Assembly: GCA_038496445.1 (NCBI GenBank)
Contig: JALMLS010000268.1
Location: 393,299-457,298 of the forward strand
DNA: 64,000 nt
From: Trichosphaerium sp. ATCC 40318
Lineage: Eukaryota; Protista; Tubulinea
Reading direction: 5' to 3'
Part shown: piece by piece, positions 26,695-39,072 of the stretch
Layout: each line of letters begins with the position of its first letter
Numbering within the stretch: the stretch's first letter is position 1
Translations under genes and position numbers: made by a program
The notes under the pieces: model-generated
The model's input: only the letters and a program-made list of their open reading frames with translations
What the model was told of the DNA's origin: nothing
The model's database searches: none

Positions 26695-27322
26695 CTAAGA
26701 CTGCACAAGGAGTGGGTAGTTGGTGTATTGGACTGGTTGGTAGTATGGGTAGTTGTAATTCACACCGGAGTTGTAGTTGTATCGCATTGGAGAGCTAGGA
26801 GCGCTTAAAATACGTTGTGTGCGTTGTGGAAGCGTTCTAGGAGGTATAAGACAATTGTGGAAAGTTGGTACAAGCTGAAATAAAAATTTGTTTGGAGCGT
26901 ACCTAGGTATTGCTCTTTGCGGCTGTGTGTCCGTCAATGGTAGGCGAGTAGTTTTGGTATGTTTTACCGGTGTACTAACTTGGCTCGCGAACGATGGAGC
27001 TGGAAGTCTTGAAGCGTCGGGGGAAATCTCAAAGGGACCAGCTAGAGTTTCATGAGCATTTGTAGTGCGTTTTGGTGGAGTTGGCAAGTTTTCTGTGTTT
27101 TCGCCACGTATTCGATCAATTTTATCAGAAAGGGGTATTACGAACCTGCCCAGCGTGATGGCTGCTTTGGAGCTGTAGTTTGATATTTCGTTTTGGAGTT
27201 AGACCCTTTGCTTCTTCGTCTTGGCTTTTTACGTCTGCTGTTTGATCGTGGCTATGTTTTAATAAGTATTGTACAGAATTATTGTTGGGTTTTTATTCGC
27301 GTACTTTTTGCTTAGCGCTCAT
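26695..27322 (-). CDS. Low-complexity basic/Pro-rich protein with PNRC-like motif
   Basis: Spliced MSAKQK|PRSNSRRKKPRRRSK..WA|ENLPTPP..LAGPFEISPDASRLPAPSF resembles the PNRC/Edc1 AG-x-F-SP-LPxP motif. Confidence 0.55.
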
Positions 27323-28200
27323 TTTCTTGTTCTATTGGTTCGTTTGAAGTATTTGGTTTATGTGTTGCTCTCTTCATGAACTGGAATTTCTGTAAATTCG
27401 TTCAGTTCGCTTGCGCCAACGCAGCTTAACTATATTCAACGAACGTAATATAAACCAGTTTATTATGACATAATCAAGTACGTTAGTACTCCATCTAAGG
27501 TTTCAGGGTAAATCTAGATGATACATTTTTAGGTAAGTTCACATCAAGTTTTTGTTAACTGAACACGCTTCTCCACGTCTTTTCGCAACATGCACCCAAC
27601 CAAGTTTTCATACCGTGGTATTGGTTAATATTATTTGCCACAAAGAGTTTGGCGTTATGTGTATTTAGATGAATTTGTGTATTGTTTCCCACGTAATCAT
27701 CCAACGCAAGTGCCGTGAATTTCGTAACAGATAACCAGCAACCATAGGATTTTAGCTTAGATTTTAGGTGTACCACAAAATATGTGACAATGTTGGATCT
27801 CAACAGGCTTAACATGAAAAGAAAAAAGGATATTTATTTGAATAGAAGGCTTTCTATCATAACTGGTGTTATGAGACAGCACCAGTGAGTGAAAGCTTAC
27901 TTTATGATAATCTTGCTGGTAAGGTTCAATACCTAGTGGTGGAAAGAAACAGTCCTAATTTCAGTCTGTGTTGTTGTGGGAAGTTGAAACGACTTCAATT
28001 TTTTTGACTTTAGTCGTTTTGAAAAAATTACGCAATGTCAACTAGTAGCAAGTATTATTTTGGCACTCGTTTTTATAGTACACATGATAAATTGACTGAA
28101 TACTTTACACATTTGAGAAGGGTGCAACAACATCTTTGTTGTTGCAAAGGATTTTCTAACAAAAATTTTTTTTTGTTTTTTTTTTTGTTTTTTTTTTTTT

Positions 28201-28470
28201 TTACATTCTTGGGCTTCCGCCTTCGAATGCCATTTTTGCTAGATCTATGTCATAGCTGGATATCATTATGATATTTTCTACGCCTGTAGGTGGGTAGTAG
28301 AGGTCTTCTACCTGTGGGTCCCAAGTCAGAGCGTATGTGTAGTCTGGGTTGGTATTAACCAAGATGCTTTTAGGGACTGTGACCGTGACATTAATCACTA
28401 ATGGTCTGCCCAGGAGAGAATTGTATTTTTTACGAGCGTACTTTCGCACTGCTCGGAGTAGTCTTGACAT
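28201..28470 (-). CDS. Intronless 89-aa hypothetical protein
   Basis: Clean ATG-to-stop ORF with protein-like composition, followed by an A-rich tract. No recognisable motif. Confidence 0.4.
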   Translation of the reverse strand: MSRLLRAVRKYARKKYNSLLGRPLVINVTVTVPKSILVNTNPDYTYALTWDPQVEDLYYPPTGVENIIMISSYDIDLAKMAFEGGSPRM

Positions 28471-30143
28471 GTCAAGCAGAAGTATAGATATTAGTTGTAG
28501 TATTCGTATGCTTCCACTAGATAAAAAATCGAATTTGCTTTTAACAAAGTAATTTCTTGTTGCAAAAAAGTTGTGGTTTTACACGGTTTTTGAGAAAACC
28601 GGTCCAGTGTGTTGTACACGGTTATCGAAGCATATCGAGTCCAATTGGTAGTAGATATACGGATTTCGATGTTGGGTTTTAAGATATGGAGTTATGAAGT
28701 AAATCGGGAGTGTCTTTTTTGAGAAACAAATGTGAAAAAAAGTGAAATTCGAAAAAGACTTAAATGCAACTTACAGCGGTTTCTGCTGTTCCGTGTGATG
28801 TCTTATGCGCGTATTTCAAGACTGGTCTATGTTTACAACGGATATTAAGCCAATGCAAAATAGGAAGAAGCCGAAGAACTCAGAATTTGCGTAAATAACC
28901 TGTATTAACTTGTGGCTTGTTATTAATATAAAGTAAGACGTTTCCGTGTGTTCTGATCCAAAAAAGGTTGATCTTTCTGTTTTAGCCTCCCTCAAGCGCT
29001 TGTCACTCAAAACATGCCTCAATTTTATAACGTAAACGAATCATAGCGTTGGTGACGGTTTGAACCTGGTACCTGCCTTTTTGGTTTCAAAAAAAACGTG
29101 ATCGTACCGTTACCGATTTTCTGCTTACTTTTTGCTCTCAAACAAGCCTGTATGTAATATGAGGGACAGTCGTATAACTGTGATGCCACTGTAACATTTT
29201 TGGCGCTCTTTCAGTTCAAAATAGCGTTAGCCTTTCTTTTTGTAGACGCTAATGCATTAGCAAGAGCTATAACGTGTATCTCGTAGATTCATGATACTTT
29301 TCAGCTCTTTTGAGCTGGTTTTGCACCAACAACAGCGATCACAATTAAAAACTCGTAAGCATGGCCCACCAGCGTGCTGCGACCCACAGAATATACAAGC
29401 GCTTTCCGTGATCTACATATTGACTGCTTTACGCCTTTGGCAACCATTTGCATACTGCGTAGGACTAATGACCCTCAATAGACTTGTTTGCTCAATAGAT
29501 ACAATGCGAATGTTGAAAGGCCTTAAGACATGGTTCAGATAAAGTCACGCCTTTGCTATCAAATTCAGCTTGTGGTAGTTAGATACCTTCTTTTGTAGTT
29601 GATATCAGTAAGACACTTAACTACAGATTTATAAACGGACTGTAGAACTCTTCATACGTAGCCCAATTAGGAAAGTCATATTAAAAAGCTACATTAAAAC
29701 GCATCACACATTATTACAACATGACCACCTCTAAAGCCACTGTATTGTTATGTTTTCTAGTCATGTCGCTACAACCTTCAACAATGATAATTACGTGAAA
29801 TATATTGAGTTAAAATCACTTTTTAAAGGAGGGATTGATCACCATTGTGTCTTAGTATATTTCCTGGAAAACAGCAGAACCCATGGTCACAACAACAAAA
29901 ATTAAGTATTTATCCACGTGCATCTTGTTTTAACACAATACAATTCAGGTATGTCCCTTTAATCCAAAACTAACTTCGTAACCAAATATTTAGGTAAGAC
30001 TATTGCAAGTGCATACCTTAGAATGATACCACACAATGATGGATTTACTGCAATCCAATCCAAAACTAGAGACAGTTTAGATCTTGTTTTTTTTGAATGG
30101 TTTATTGCGAATTTAGGCAGTACTTTAGTTTACCTAACATTAT

Positions 30144-31691
30144 CTACCTTGGTGTACCCTTTACTTTATTCTCCCAAGAAAATACCTTATGTGCAGAATT
30201 AGCATACAAGGTTGTATATCCGATACCACCAAAAGCAACATTTGTTACCAAATCAACAGGCATTGGAATAAAATCAATCAAACGCCCTGACGGTTCGAAA
30301 ACATGAACACCAGCACGTGTATCCAAAGTGTCAACATTATTTCTAGGTCTATTCAAACCAGCATTGACATACAAGTTCCCAAGCGTATCAACAGTCATAC
30401 CATCTCCAGATCTCCCCGGATTAAACCTATGAAACACTGTCTTATTTGTCGCTTCACCTTGTTCAGATAAATCGTAAGAAAGTATAGTACGTTCGCCGCC
30501 AGTACTAGAATTAGTTTCTATAACATAAAGAACAGTATCATCAGGAGATATTACAAGACCATTAGCACGATCAGCGCCATTCACAGGGTCACCATGAATA
30601 TCGTCAATAATCTTTGAAATACTCCAAGTATCGTTACTATCTATATCCGTAGGCGGGTCTAGACGGTATACACCACCTGTAGTGACATATCCAGGCGTAC
30701 TTGATGCCCGATCAGTAAAGTACAGTCGTCCTTTTTCATCAAAAGTAAGGTCGTTCGGTCTTCCGAGATGTAGTCCGTTGATTTCTTCCGCTATGACTTG
30801 ACGTTCCATTGTATCTATATTATACCTAGAAACAACACCGTCCACTCTGTTAAACTCACAAACGTACAAATACGATGCGGTTAAACCTTTCCTGAACTTG
30901 AGTCCATTTGCGTTGTTAGAGTTTGTCTTCCAAACCGATAGATCTGCTTTATCTTCTGACGAAACATCTTTGATTGTATATATAATACTCCCGTCTACCT
31001 CCGAAAAATATAAAGCATCGTTGTCAGGGTCGTATGTTGGACCTTCGGTCAATGTAATGCCGTTAATACTCATACCATTCACGATTTTAACATTTTGTGT
31101 TTGAGGCTGTAACGTCATTTCTAGCTCCCTTGCTTCAAAGTGATACGTTTGAGTGAGTATAAACGCGTCTATAGGTAACGTTATAGTAACATCAACATTA
31201 CGGCAACAAGCCGTATTGGCCAAGATTGGCAAAACAAAAAGAATAAAAATTGACAAAACTGCCAAAAAAGGGAGAAAACCGAAATCGTTTCTTCTTCTTC
31301 GTGTTGACATACTGATATACCCAATAAAAGCAATAGTAAGTGTCAATATCAATATAAAAGGTGTTTTGGATCTCGCACGTGACGTCGCTTGAGGTTCGCA
31401 CGTGTCAACGCCTGAAACTTCGTAAATTATTTCTCCCGAATTTATCTGTTTGGTTGTAATGTCTGGAGCGAAGTTACCATATATCGTCGCTGTTAGATCG
31501 AAATCTGTAGAGTCTACAGGCACTGGAGCAATTATAATATTTCCAAAAGGGTTTAAAACACGCAAGGATGATAGGCCAAATAAAGGGATCGTCTTAGTGT
31601 TTGTTTTCGAAGTGGTAGCACATGGGAGACCAAACACATAGCAGAACGCCAGGATTAAACAAACAAGATGTTTGACGCTTATGAGATACAT
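30144..31691 (-). CDS. Intronless SMP-30/gluconolactonase (SGL six-bladed beta-propeller) with signal peptide and internal transmembrane hairpin
   Basis: TEGP, NANGL, RPNDL..GRLYFTD, ANGLVISPD, GDGMTVDTLGNLYV, TNVAFGG..TTLY; 515-aa single ORF. Confidence 0.9.
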   Translation of the reverse strand: MYLISVKHLVCLILAFCYVFGLPCATTSKTNTKTIPLFGLSSLRVLNPFGNIIIAPVPVDSTDFDLTATIYGNFAPDITTKQINSGEIIYEVSGVDTCEPQATSRARSKTPFILILTLTIAFIGYISMSTRRRRNDFGFLPFLAVLSIFILFVLPILANTACCRNVDVTITLPIDAFILTQTYHFEARELEMTLQPQTQNVKIVNGMSINGITLTEGPTYDPDNDALYFSEVDGSIIYTIKDVSSEDKADLSVWKTNSNNANGLKFRKGLTASYLYVCEFNRVDGVVSRYNIDTMERQVIAEEINGLHLGRPNDLTFDEKGRLYFTDRASSTPGYVTTGGVYRLDPPTDIDSNDTWSISKIIDDIHGDPVNGADRANGLVISPDDTVLYVIETNSSTGGERTILSYDLSEQGEATNKTVFHRFNPGRSGDGMTVDTLGNLYVNAGLNRPRNNVDTLDTRAGVHVFEPSGRLIDFIPMPVDLVTNVAFGGIGYTTLYANSAHKVFSWENKVKGTPR

Positions 31692-31889
31692 GAAATGATG
31701 TATGGGTTTACGTTAGGTTCCGTTCTTGGTGTTGTGGTCAAATCATTTCTAACACGGCGATTTTGGTCCTAAAAAAACGAGATGTTGGAAGGTGTTAATG
31801 TGTGCACTTTCAACGCAGAAACGTTTTCTAAATTCAACTGCCTCTCTAACCAGGCCGCAATCAACACTCACTACAACACTGCACTCGAA

Positions 31890-32740
31890 AGGAACGGTAT
31901 TTGGATGACTTGGTACCCTTCTGTGTAGCTAAAGAGAAGTATTAAGATAGTGATGAAGAGAAATGGTCAGCCCAAGCAGTGGTATGAGACTGGAGAACTC
32001 ATGTTCCTGTATATCTCGACGACAAGAGGAATAGCATGTTAAAGGGATGGTATACGAACTGACGATTGAAGGGCGAAGTTATGTATGTTAATGGCATCAA
32101 ACACGGTAAGGAAGAGAGGTGGTATGATACTTGGACAGCTTAGTCTACAAAGTACATGGACTGATGGCAAACAAATTGGTGTTCAGAAGTAGTGGGATAA
32201 GTATGGCCATGCTAAGGCCCAGTGTATTTATGTTAATGAAGAAAAGCATGGTGAAAAAAGCAGTTGGTGGCGAATAGACAAAGTAATGTATGTTATTGGC
32301 GAAAGGAATGGGAGACACAGCATGATAATTGGTATTCCAAGGTATGTATGCTGATGGTAAAAAATGGAGAGTGTTTGGAATGGAGTGAAAACGGACAATT
32401 GATTGCTTGTACCACACTTAACGATGATAAAAACAATGAAGGACAGCCACAGTAGTATGGGAGTGGACAAATTAAGAAACAAGACATGTGGGTTGAAGGT
32501 AAACGAGAGGGGCTGGTCCAATGGCGGCATCAAAATGGACAACTTAAACTCCAATATGATTACAGATGAAAAGAGAAATGGTGAGGTGAGGAAGTGGTAT
32601 GAGAATGGACAAGTTAAGCTCCAATATATGGTTTCAAAAGATAAGCGCACCGGTGAGGTAAGGGTGTGGTATGAGAACGGACAGTTGAAGAGGCAACTAA
32701 ACTATGTTGATGGTAAAAAGAAATGGCATCATGGACAACT
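31890..32740 (+). pseudogene. Decayed MORN-variant/YwqK-like repeat gene
   Basis: WYETGEL, HGKEERWY, EWSENGQL, KWYENGQVK and VWYENGQLK repeats interrupted by stops and frameshifts. Confidence 0.8.
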
Positions 32741-33083
32741 TCGATCTTGGCGCTGTGCTACCGTGCAACCACTCGGCGTGATTGACAGTGTAGGAAAATA
32801 GCACTGATAATAAACCACGCTACTGGTGATGGTACTAATAAACATTAAGCTAATAGCAAAAAAATATTATTGGCGCCTTATTATTTATCATTTGATCTAC
32901 TAAAAAAGGATACATCCTCCTGCATTAGCTAAAAATTCCTTTTTTTTTCTTGTTTTCCTTGCTACAACGCAATTTTCATAAACCAATGTTCGTCTTATCG
33001 GCTTAAGAGCCCACCACTCCACCCTACGCCAACAAATATGTGTTACGGTGAATACTCGACGCTGTTTTACTTGGTGTTTATAC
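32740..33083. repeat. Dispersed non-coding repeat, diverged copy of 63409-63863 (same orientation) and 52085-52539 (inverted)
   Basis: Shared collinear blocks: gtgctaccgtgcaacc, gtgattgacagtgtaggaaa, ataaaccacgctactggtgatggtactaataaac, ttcgtcttatcggcttaagagcccaccact, tttacttggtgttt. Confidence 0.9.
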
Positions 33084-33168
33084 AAGCACCCTATTGTTTA
33101 TGTATCTTTCCCTTTTGGTGGGATTTCAAAACCTTCCCCAAGAGTTGTACATTGTTAGTTTATTTTAT

Positions 33169-35841
33169 TTAGATACACTTCTTAGAGATTACATTTGTGA
33201 CTACTGGGTTGCTACAATATGCTCTCCACCATTCTACAATAACATGAGAGCGCACTCCTTTCCACCTTACATTATATGGTAAAGATCTTATGTCAAAGAC
33301 AGCCATCCTGACATTACCCAAATCGTTTAAATGATTGGCACCTTTGAAGAAAATGTTCGCAGAGTATTTAGGATGTATTCTGTGTTCCGATGTTGATGTG
33401 TACCAGTCATGAAATATTGTATTAAAGAAATCAATAGAAGAGTCTTGGGTACTCTTTAACGACTTTTCTAAAGTTATAAGACGATCCATAATCTTAAGGT
33501 CAGGGCGGATAAGAAAAAGCTAAAAAGAAAAAAAGTGAGATTTGATATAATTTAGGTATCCTTTTGCTGACCTTGTTGGAGAACCTGTCTGGTGGTATTG
33601 TATCAGGAGCTGCTGAAAATGGCTTGTACATATGAAATAATTCGTCGACATTTGTCAATGGTACAGTGAGAGGGTCTAAATAAGCCACAAGATTGTATTC
33701 TTTGATTCCCCATATCTTAATTTGTGTATTTTGTAAATCCGACAAACTCTCATCTATGACTACTTCTGTTGCCCTATCTTTTAAGCAATCTATAATGTCT
33801 GAATCAATATCATATCCAGCCAATACAATAATATCATACATGGTGTTGTGAAGGCTTAAAAAAACCGTTAAAATTTTACCAACCAAACAACACTTAGTTT
33901 TTCAATTAACAAGAAGAAGTGAACTAAAACCGAACCCAGAAAACTGGGAATAGCCTCCTCTAGTTCACAAGAAATAACCAGTTGCAAATCACTTACATTA
34001 AGGCATTTACTAGACCTACAGCAGCCAATGCATCTATAAGAATAAAATGAGAATTGCATTATATACAAAAGAGTCTTTGTTGCGTTACCTCTATCGCTTG
34101 TTACTATGGTTACCCAAGCAAAGTTTTTTTTCAATGGAAGAGCCTTGAATTTTCTTCTTCTCACTGATTTTGGCGATAAATGCAACCTGGGAAACAATTA
34201 TGCATTAATAGGTACACCACTTTTTCATGTTATTTTAAATATCTTCAGAACACGTGCCTGGTAGTAGGGTATGTACCTACTGCTTTTGTAACCTCTCTCA
34301 ATATCTCTGGTCTTATATTTGGTTCTATTTCAGGTCGTGGTAGAGGCATACCAACAGCGAAACTCCACCAAGCAGAAACTTAAACAGAACTCAAAAAAGT
34401 TGTATTTGATAATCATTTATTGCGTACTTAGTGGATCCTCTGACAGCTTCTTCTTTTTCCACGGTTTACCTAATTCGTCGTTATAACGGTGCTTTTTGGG
34501 GGAAAGTGTACATACTCCAGGGGTTCGCAAAATGAACAAGAAGTGCTTGATCAATTAGTACTTTTCGCAGTTTATTCCAATTTTGAGGAGGGTTGTACTT
34601 CTTCGGAAGATACACAATAGTGTTCTATTTCAATTTCATTAGTAGACCTTATTTATTTCGATGTACTCACCAAAGATACTGGTAATCGATGTCTCTCTGA
34701 TTGAAGAAACCAATCATGGAAGTACTCATTGAAAAACCTATAATCACAAAATTAATAAAATACCAAAAGCAACAGTTGTATTTTTTACCCTTGATCGCCT
34801 CTATTATAAGACACAAAAGAATTCACCATAGAAAGCATATGCTTGTATGTAGACATCTTGTATATATATAAAGTTAGTAATCACTTGTGATTATAACCGA
34901 GAAATTACCCTGGGCTGTAACAACATAACGCCACTGTTAAACCTAAAGAATGCTTTGTTTAGTTCTGCTTAGATATACATTACTTGTAATACCTGTGGCT
35001 TGTGTATATATCTGGAGCTGCTGCAAAATCGCTGTACTCGTAGAATACACTGCAGGTGAGTGAATAATATAAGTACATCGTTACAGTATGGCAGGAAATC
35101 AACTATGTCGTACAAATCTAAACTAGCTCTGGGGAGTACATCTATATCCAAGAAAACCAATTTTGAAAACTGAGTCTGCGACCAAGCATGTATCTTCGCA
35201 TATGTTAACCTTCTGTATGGATTTGATATTCCCTTCAGTACTCAGGAGTTAAGAAAAAATCATTCAACTGAGTGAGAGGAGTAATCAACAGAAAAACTTT
35301 TGCAAAAAGGATATCTGGAATAATTTGGCCAAACATAGTTCTACCAAAGGCGTTATATCAACTGTTTAATACAATTACGCACGTGCATGTTATGCAATCG
35401 TCGAAACGAGACATTGCAGCAGGAAGTACCATAACGACAAGAGGAAAAGAACAACCACGTGTTTTTAAGGCTCTGGACAACGCCTACAGACTGATATTAA
35501 CATCTATTAACGTTTTAAAGGCGTCCCTACCTTGACAGCGTACCAAGACGCCAAAGACGAATCTGCGCACGTGTTAGCTAATAAAAGACCACGTGGACGT
35601 ACCACCAAGTAATGCTAGGCGATTGTAAGCAATCTGAATACCCACAGTCGCCCAGGAATTGACTACGTCGCTGAAAGTATTGAAACCACGCACTTATGTA
35701 GGCATAGTTATCTTTATGAGGTACTAGGCTCTGTTCAGGTACTTTACTCATATTTGATGTGTAATGTTGGTTTAAATGCGTATTAAGTGCTACCAAGCAT
35801 GCAAGCGATAAGATCATAATAGATATAACGAGATGCTCCAT
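33169..35841 (-). CDS. Type II membrane glycosyltransferase family 8 (glycogenin-like) with two tandem GT8 domains
   Basis: N-terminal TM. Domain 1: YAKIHAWSQTQFSKLVFLDIDVL, FNSGVMLLQP, GDQG. Domain 2: AWVTIV, IKIWGIKEYNLVAYLDP..NVDELF..FSAAPD. Confidence 0.8.
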
Positions 35842-35989
35842 TCTTGCGCATGTAAGTAAACTTAATAAAATAATATTTTAAGTCAACATTTATTTTAGTT
35901 GAAAATGTACAAGTTTTCTGGCTTACAACAACCCCTTCTCTACTGATCAGCAGCTACTCGGTATTTTAGTGTTTGGATGTGGTAATAAC

Positions 35990-36980
35990 CTAAGTACCTG
36001 CAGCCTCTACCATGGCCTTAAGCCTGTTTGTACGTGCAACTTCAAGTGGCGTTTTCTTGCTTTTGTCTAAGCTGTCTACAAAAGCGCCATTCTTTACTAG
36101 AAGTACAGCAAGGTCGCCATGTCCTTCATAGCAAGCTATGTGAAGAGGTGTCTAGCGTGCGTAAAACTTAGAAAAATATGAGCTTAAATGTCCACTACCT
36201 GGCCTTGCGCATCCTTTGAGTTTATCTTTACATCCTTTTCTAACAGCATACGGGCTATTGTCTCCTTTCCAGACACAGCAAGTCTAAAAAAAACGAAAAC
36301 GTCAAAAGAAGAAGAAAGTAGGCTACAGTGAGCCAAATGTTTACCTGTGTAAAGGTGTAACACGTTGTTTATCAGCAATGTTTACTTTAGCGCCTTCATC
36401 GAGGAGAAAACGTGCAATGTCTTCATGTCCTCTACTACACGCGTAGAAGAGTGCAGTTCTACAAAAAATTTGGGTGTCAGTTTTTTCTTACAACTCCAAA
36501 AAGTTAGAAGTGCTCACCTGTTGTCTGCCGTTGCGTCATTTACGTTTGCGCCTTTACCAAGAAGAAGTCTAATAGAAGAAGTGAGTAATTTTTCGTGTTT
36601 TGTTCAATTTGGACGTTGAGATGTTTCATAATAACGTTGTTATGTTTGTTTTGAATGACGTACTTTACTGCTAGCGTGTGTCCAGCACTGGAAGCTGAAA
36701 TTAGTGGTGTCCATTCTGTCAGTTATTAGATTACTGAAAATACGCTTATTACGCTACCTGATGAGTCCTTAGTGTTTACTTGGGCGTTTTTATCTAATAG
36801 AAACTCTATTACGTTTGTTTTGCCGTTAGCAGCAGCCCAGTGCATTGCTGTACGCCCGTCACTATCTTTCTGGTCGATTGTCGCTTTTTTGTTTTCAAGA
36901 GCTTGCTGGACGCCGTTTACGTCTCCATTCGTGGCACAGTTCCATATTCCTTGCTTGTCAATGTTAAATAAATCAGACAT
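35990..36980 (-). CDS. PSMD10: Ankyrin repeat protein, gankyrin/Nas6 (26S proteasome chaperone)-like
   Basis: DSDGRTAMHWAA, WTPLISASSAGH, TALFYACSRGH, TPLHRLAVSGK, TPLHIACYEGH, KKTPLEVA; size and motif order fit PSMD10. Confidence 0.65.
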
Positions 36981-37764
36981 GTTGTACTGGTTGCGATTTT
37001 TTGTTTTGGAAAGCATTGAAACACATGGACCGCGGCTCTTGAGCGTAGAGCAACAGATTGCCTTCTACAATAAGCGAACAAACAGATGCACGTATTGGAT
37101 TCTATCGGCACTTTGACACGACCTTAGATTTGTTAGTTGAAAACGAACGTAACCTTCTCCGCAGCTTATCAATCACCCATACTGGCCAACACGTGGGATA
37201 TCGGAAAATACCACACTCCGTCACACTTTCGACCTCAACGAAAAAAGAAAGCTAGGAATGACTTATAAGCGGAATAACTAATATGGCCGTAGTACTACAG
37301 ACTCGTTTCTTAGTGTCTATTGTAGCCGTAGATATTGTACAACCATTTGGAAAGCTAAGAAAGTGTAAATAACGTTGGTACTTCGGTTAACATCTATTGA
37401 AAACGAGCGCAGCTTAATAGTTACGTTATGATCGCGATACCAGTCACGTGCTTAGTGTTATACATTGCTATCACGCAGCAAAGTTGGAGGTAACTCTTGT
37501 AAAGCAAAACAACTATTTTGTTGTTCGTATAATCCTAAAAATATATCACGTGATCATTTAAATAAGCTCAAACAGATGCTTGTAAAGAAAGACCTTTTGA
37601 AGTTGAAATTACACGATTCACGAAGTAGTAAAAACGTGTACTATTCTATTCACGCGTGATATCAATTTTACGAAAGAGTAGAAATACATATTTTTATTCA
37701 AGTTTTTTTTTGTTAGTTTCAGTTTTGACGGTCGTATTTGTACACTGTTCCAAAGAATTTTTTT

Positions 37765-38479
37765 TTACAGTTTAGAAGCCCATAGAACAGACTCCAATTG
37801 AAGTTGTAACTCGGGCGTTTGAAGAGGTAGAACATCTACCATACCATTACAAGTCCAAGTCCAAAAGAGACATGGGTTCGTTTCTAAGAAGGCAGTTACT
37901 GCGTTAACGACATTTTTCCACACTTCTAGCTCATCTTTTCGAATCTTAAACCTCCACTGTTTTCCCCGTCGCCTGTGATCTAACATTTCAACCCATCTAA
38001 ATAGTTATGTAAGACAAAAGGGATATTCTACTTTACGCGCTACAAAATCAAAAACCGCAAAAAAAAATTTTAACTAAAACGAGAGCAATTTTTACCTTCC
38101 CATAGCCTTATATGTACTATAATCATCCTTGGCCTTCTTGGGCTTTTGTATAGTGAACACAGAGAACGCCAACATGAATAAATCGTGGTTTCTAAAGCGA
38201 ACACAACGTCAGAAAATTAACTTTTAGTCAAAAACTACCAAGAAGGAGAAAATACAAAGAGCGTGGCGTTAATACACGTGATTTCTTTTTTAAACGAAGT
38301 GGATCTTATAACGGTCTTTGACGTACGTGACGCAATAGAAGTAACCTGAATTATCCCACTTGAGCGTAACGCCAAGACCAAGCTTTGTAACCAAACACAA
38401 AGCATATAATATCGGTCGTGTACTCTTACCAAACCATTCGCAATGACAGTCCCAGTGAGAAATAGAAAACATGCTCCAT
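37765..38479 (-). CDS. Hypothetical protein (multi-exon)
   Basis: Open exons bounded by GT-AG ending in ORF 37765-37986. No recognisable domain; start uncertain. Confidence 0.4.
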
Positions 38480-39072
38480 GGATTCTACTTATTTGTGAAT
38501 AAAAACCGGTTTCAAAACGTCGGGTTTCGAAAAGAATTTCAACAAAAAAGTAATTTCTTCATCTGACGCCTCTTAAATAAACGTGTAGCGCTTTTTTTGT
38601 ATATTTATACGTACAACACCGTTTCTTCCTCTTTTTTGAGCATTTGATATAGTTCTAGGTTGAGTTTTTGTTATTTCAACAGGTGCCGTGTACTCTTGAG
38701 ATTGATTGTTAGGATACCACCCAAAATTGAGCTCCCTAAAGCTCGTTGAGATTGCTTCTTTACTAAACCATTAAACGTGAGGATCGACGTACCTCAAACG
38801 CTCTAAATCTATACCGTCTACATTTAATAATGCGGAAGGAGCGTAATCATGCCATTTGAAATTGCGGTTGAGGTGTTCTTCACGTAACATTGTTTGTTTT
38901 TGAATATTCGGAACACTCAATTGCTTTGTGTGGCACCACACAAGTTAAAATGCGAACTATTCATTCTGCAAAGTAACACATGGTTTTTAAAAAATAAGCA
39001 TGCTACCACACGTGTGTATGAAAAGACACCTGAGGTAGTTTTTTTCCATCACATTTTTTTTTTTTGAAAAAG

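Noticed and set aside
33000-33020. ggcttaagagcccacca resembling a histone 3' stem-loop
   Set aside because: Does not fit the 6-bp stem/4-nt loop consensus, and no histone gene is adjacent.
28200-33100. Complete endogenous giant virus or autonomous transposon
   Set aside because: No capsid, polymerase, packaging ATPase, integrase, transposase or RT recognisable in the window.
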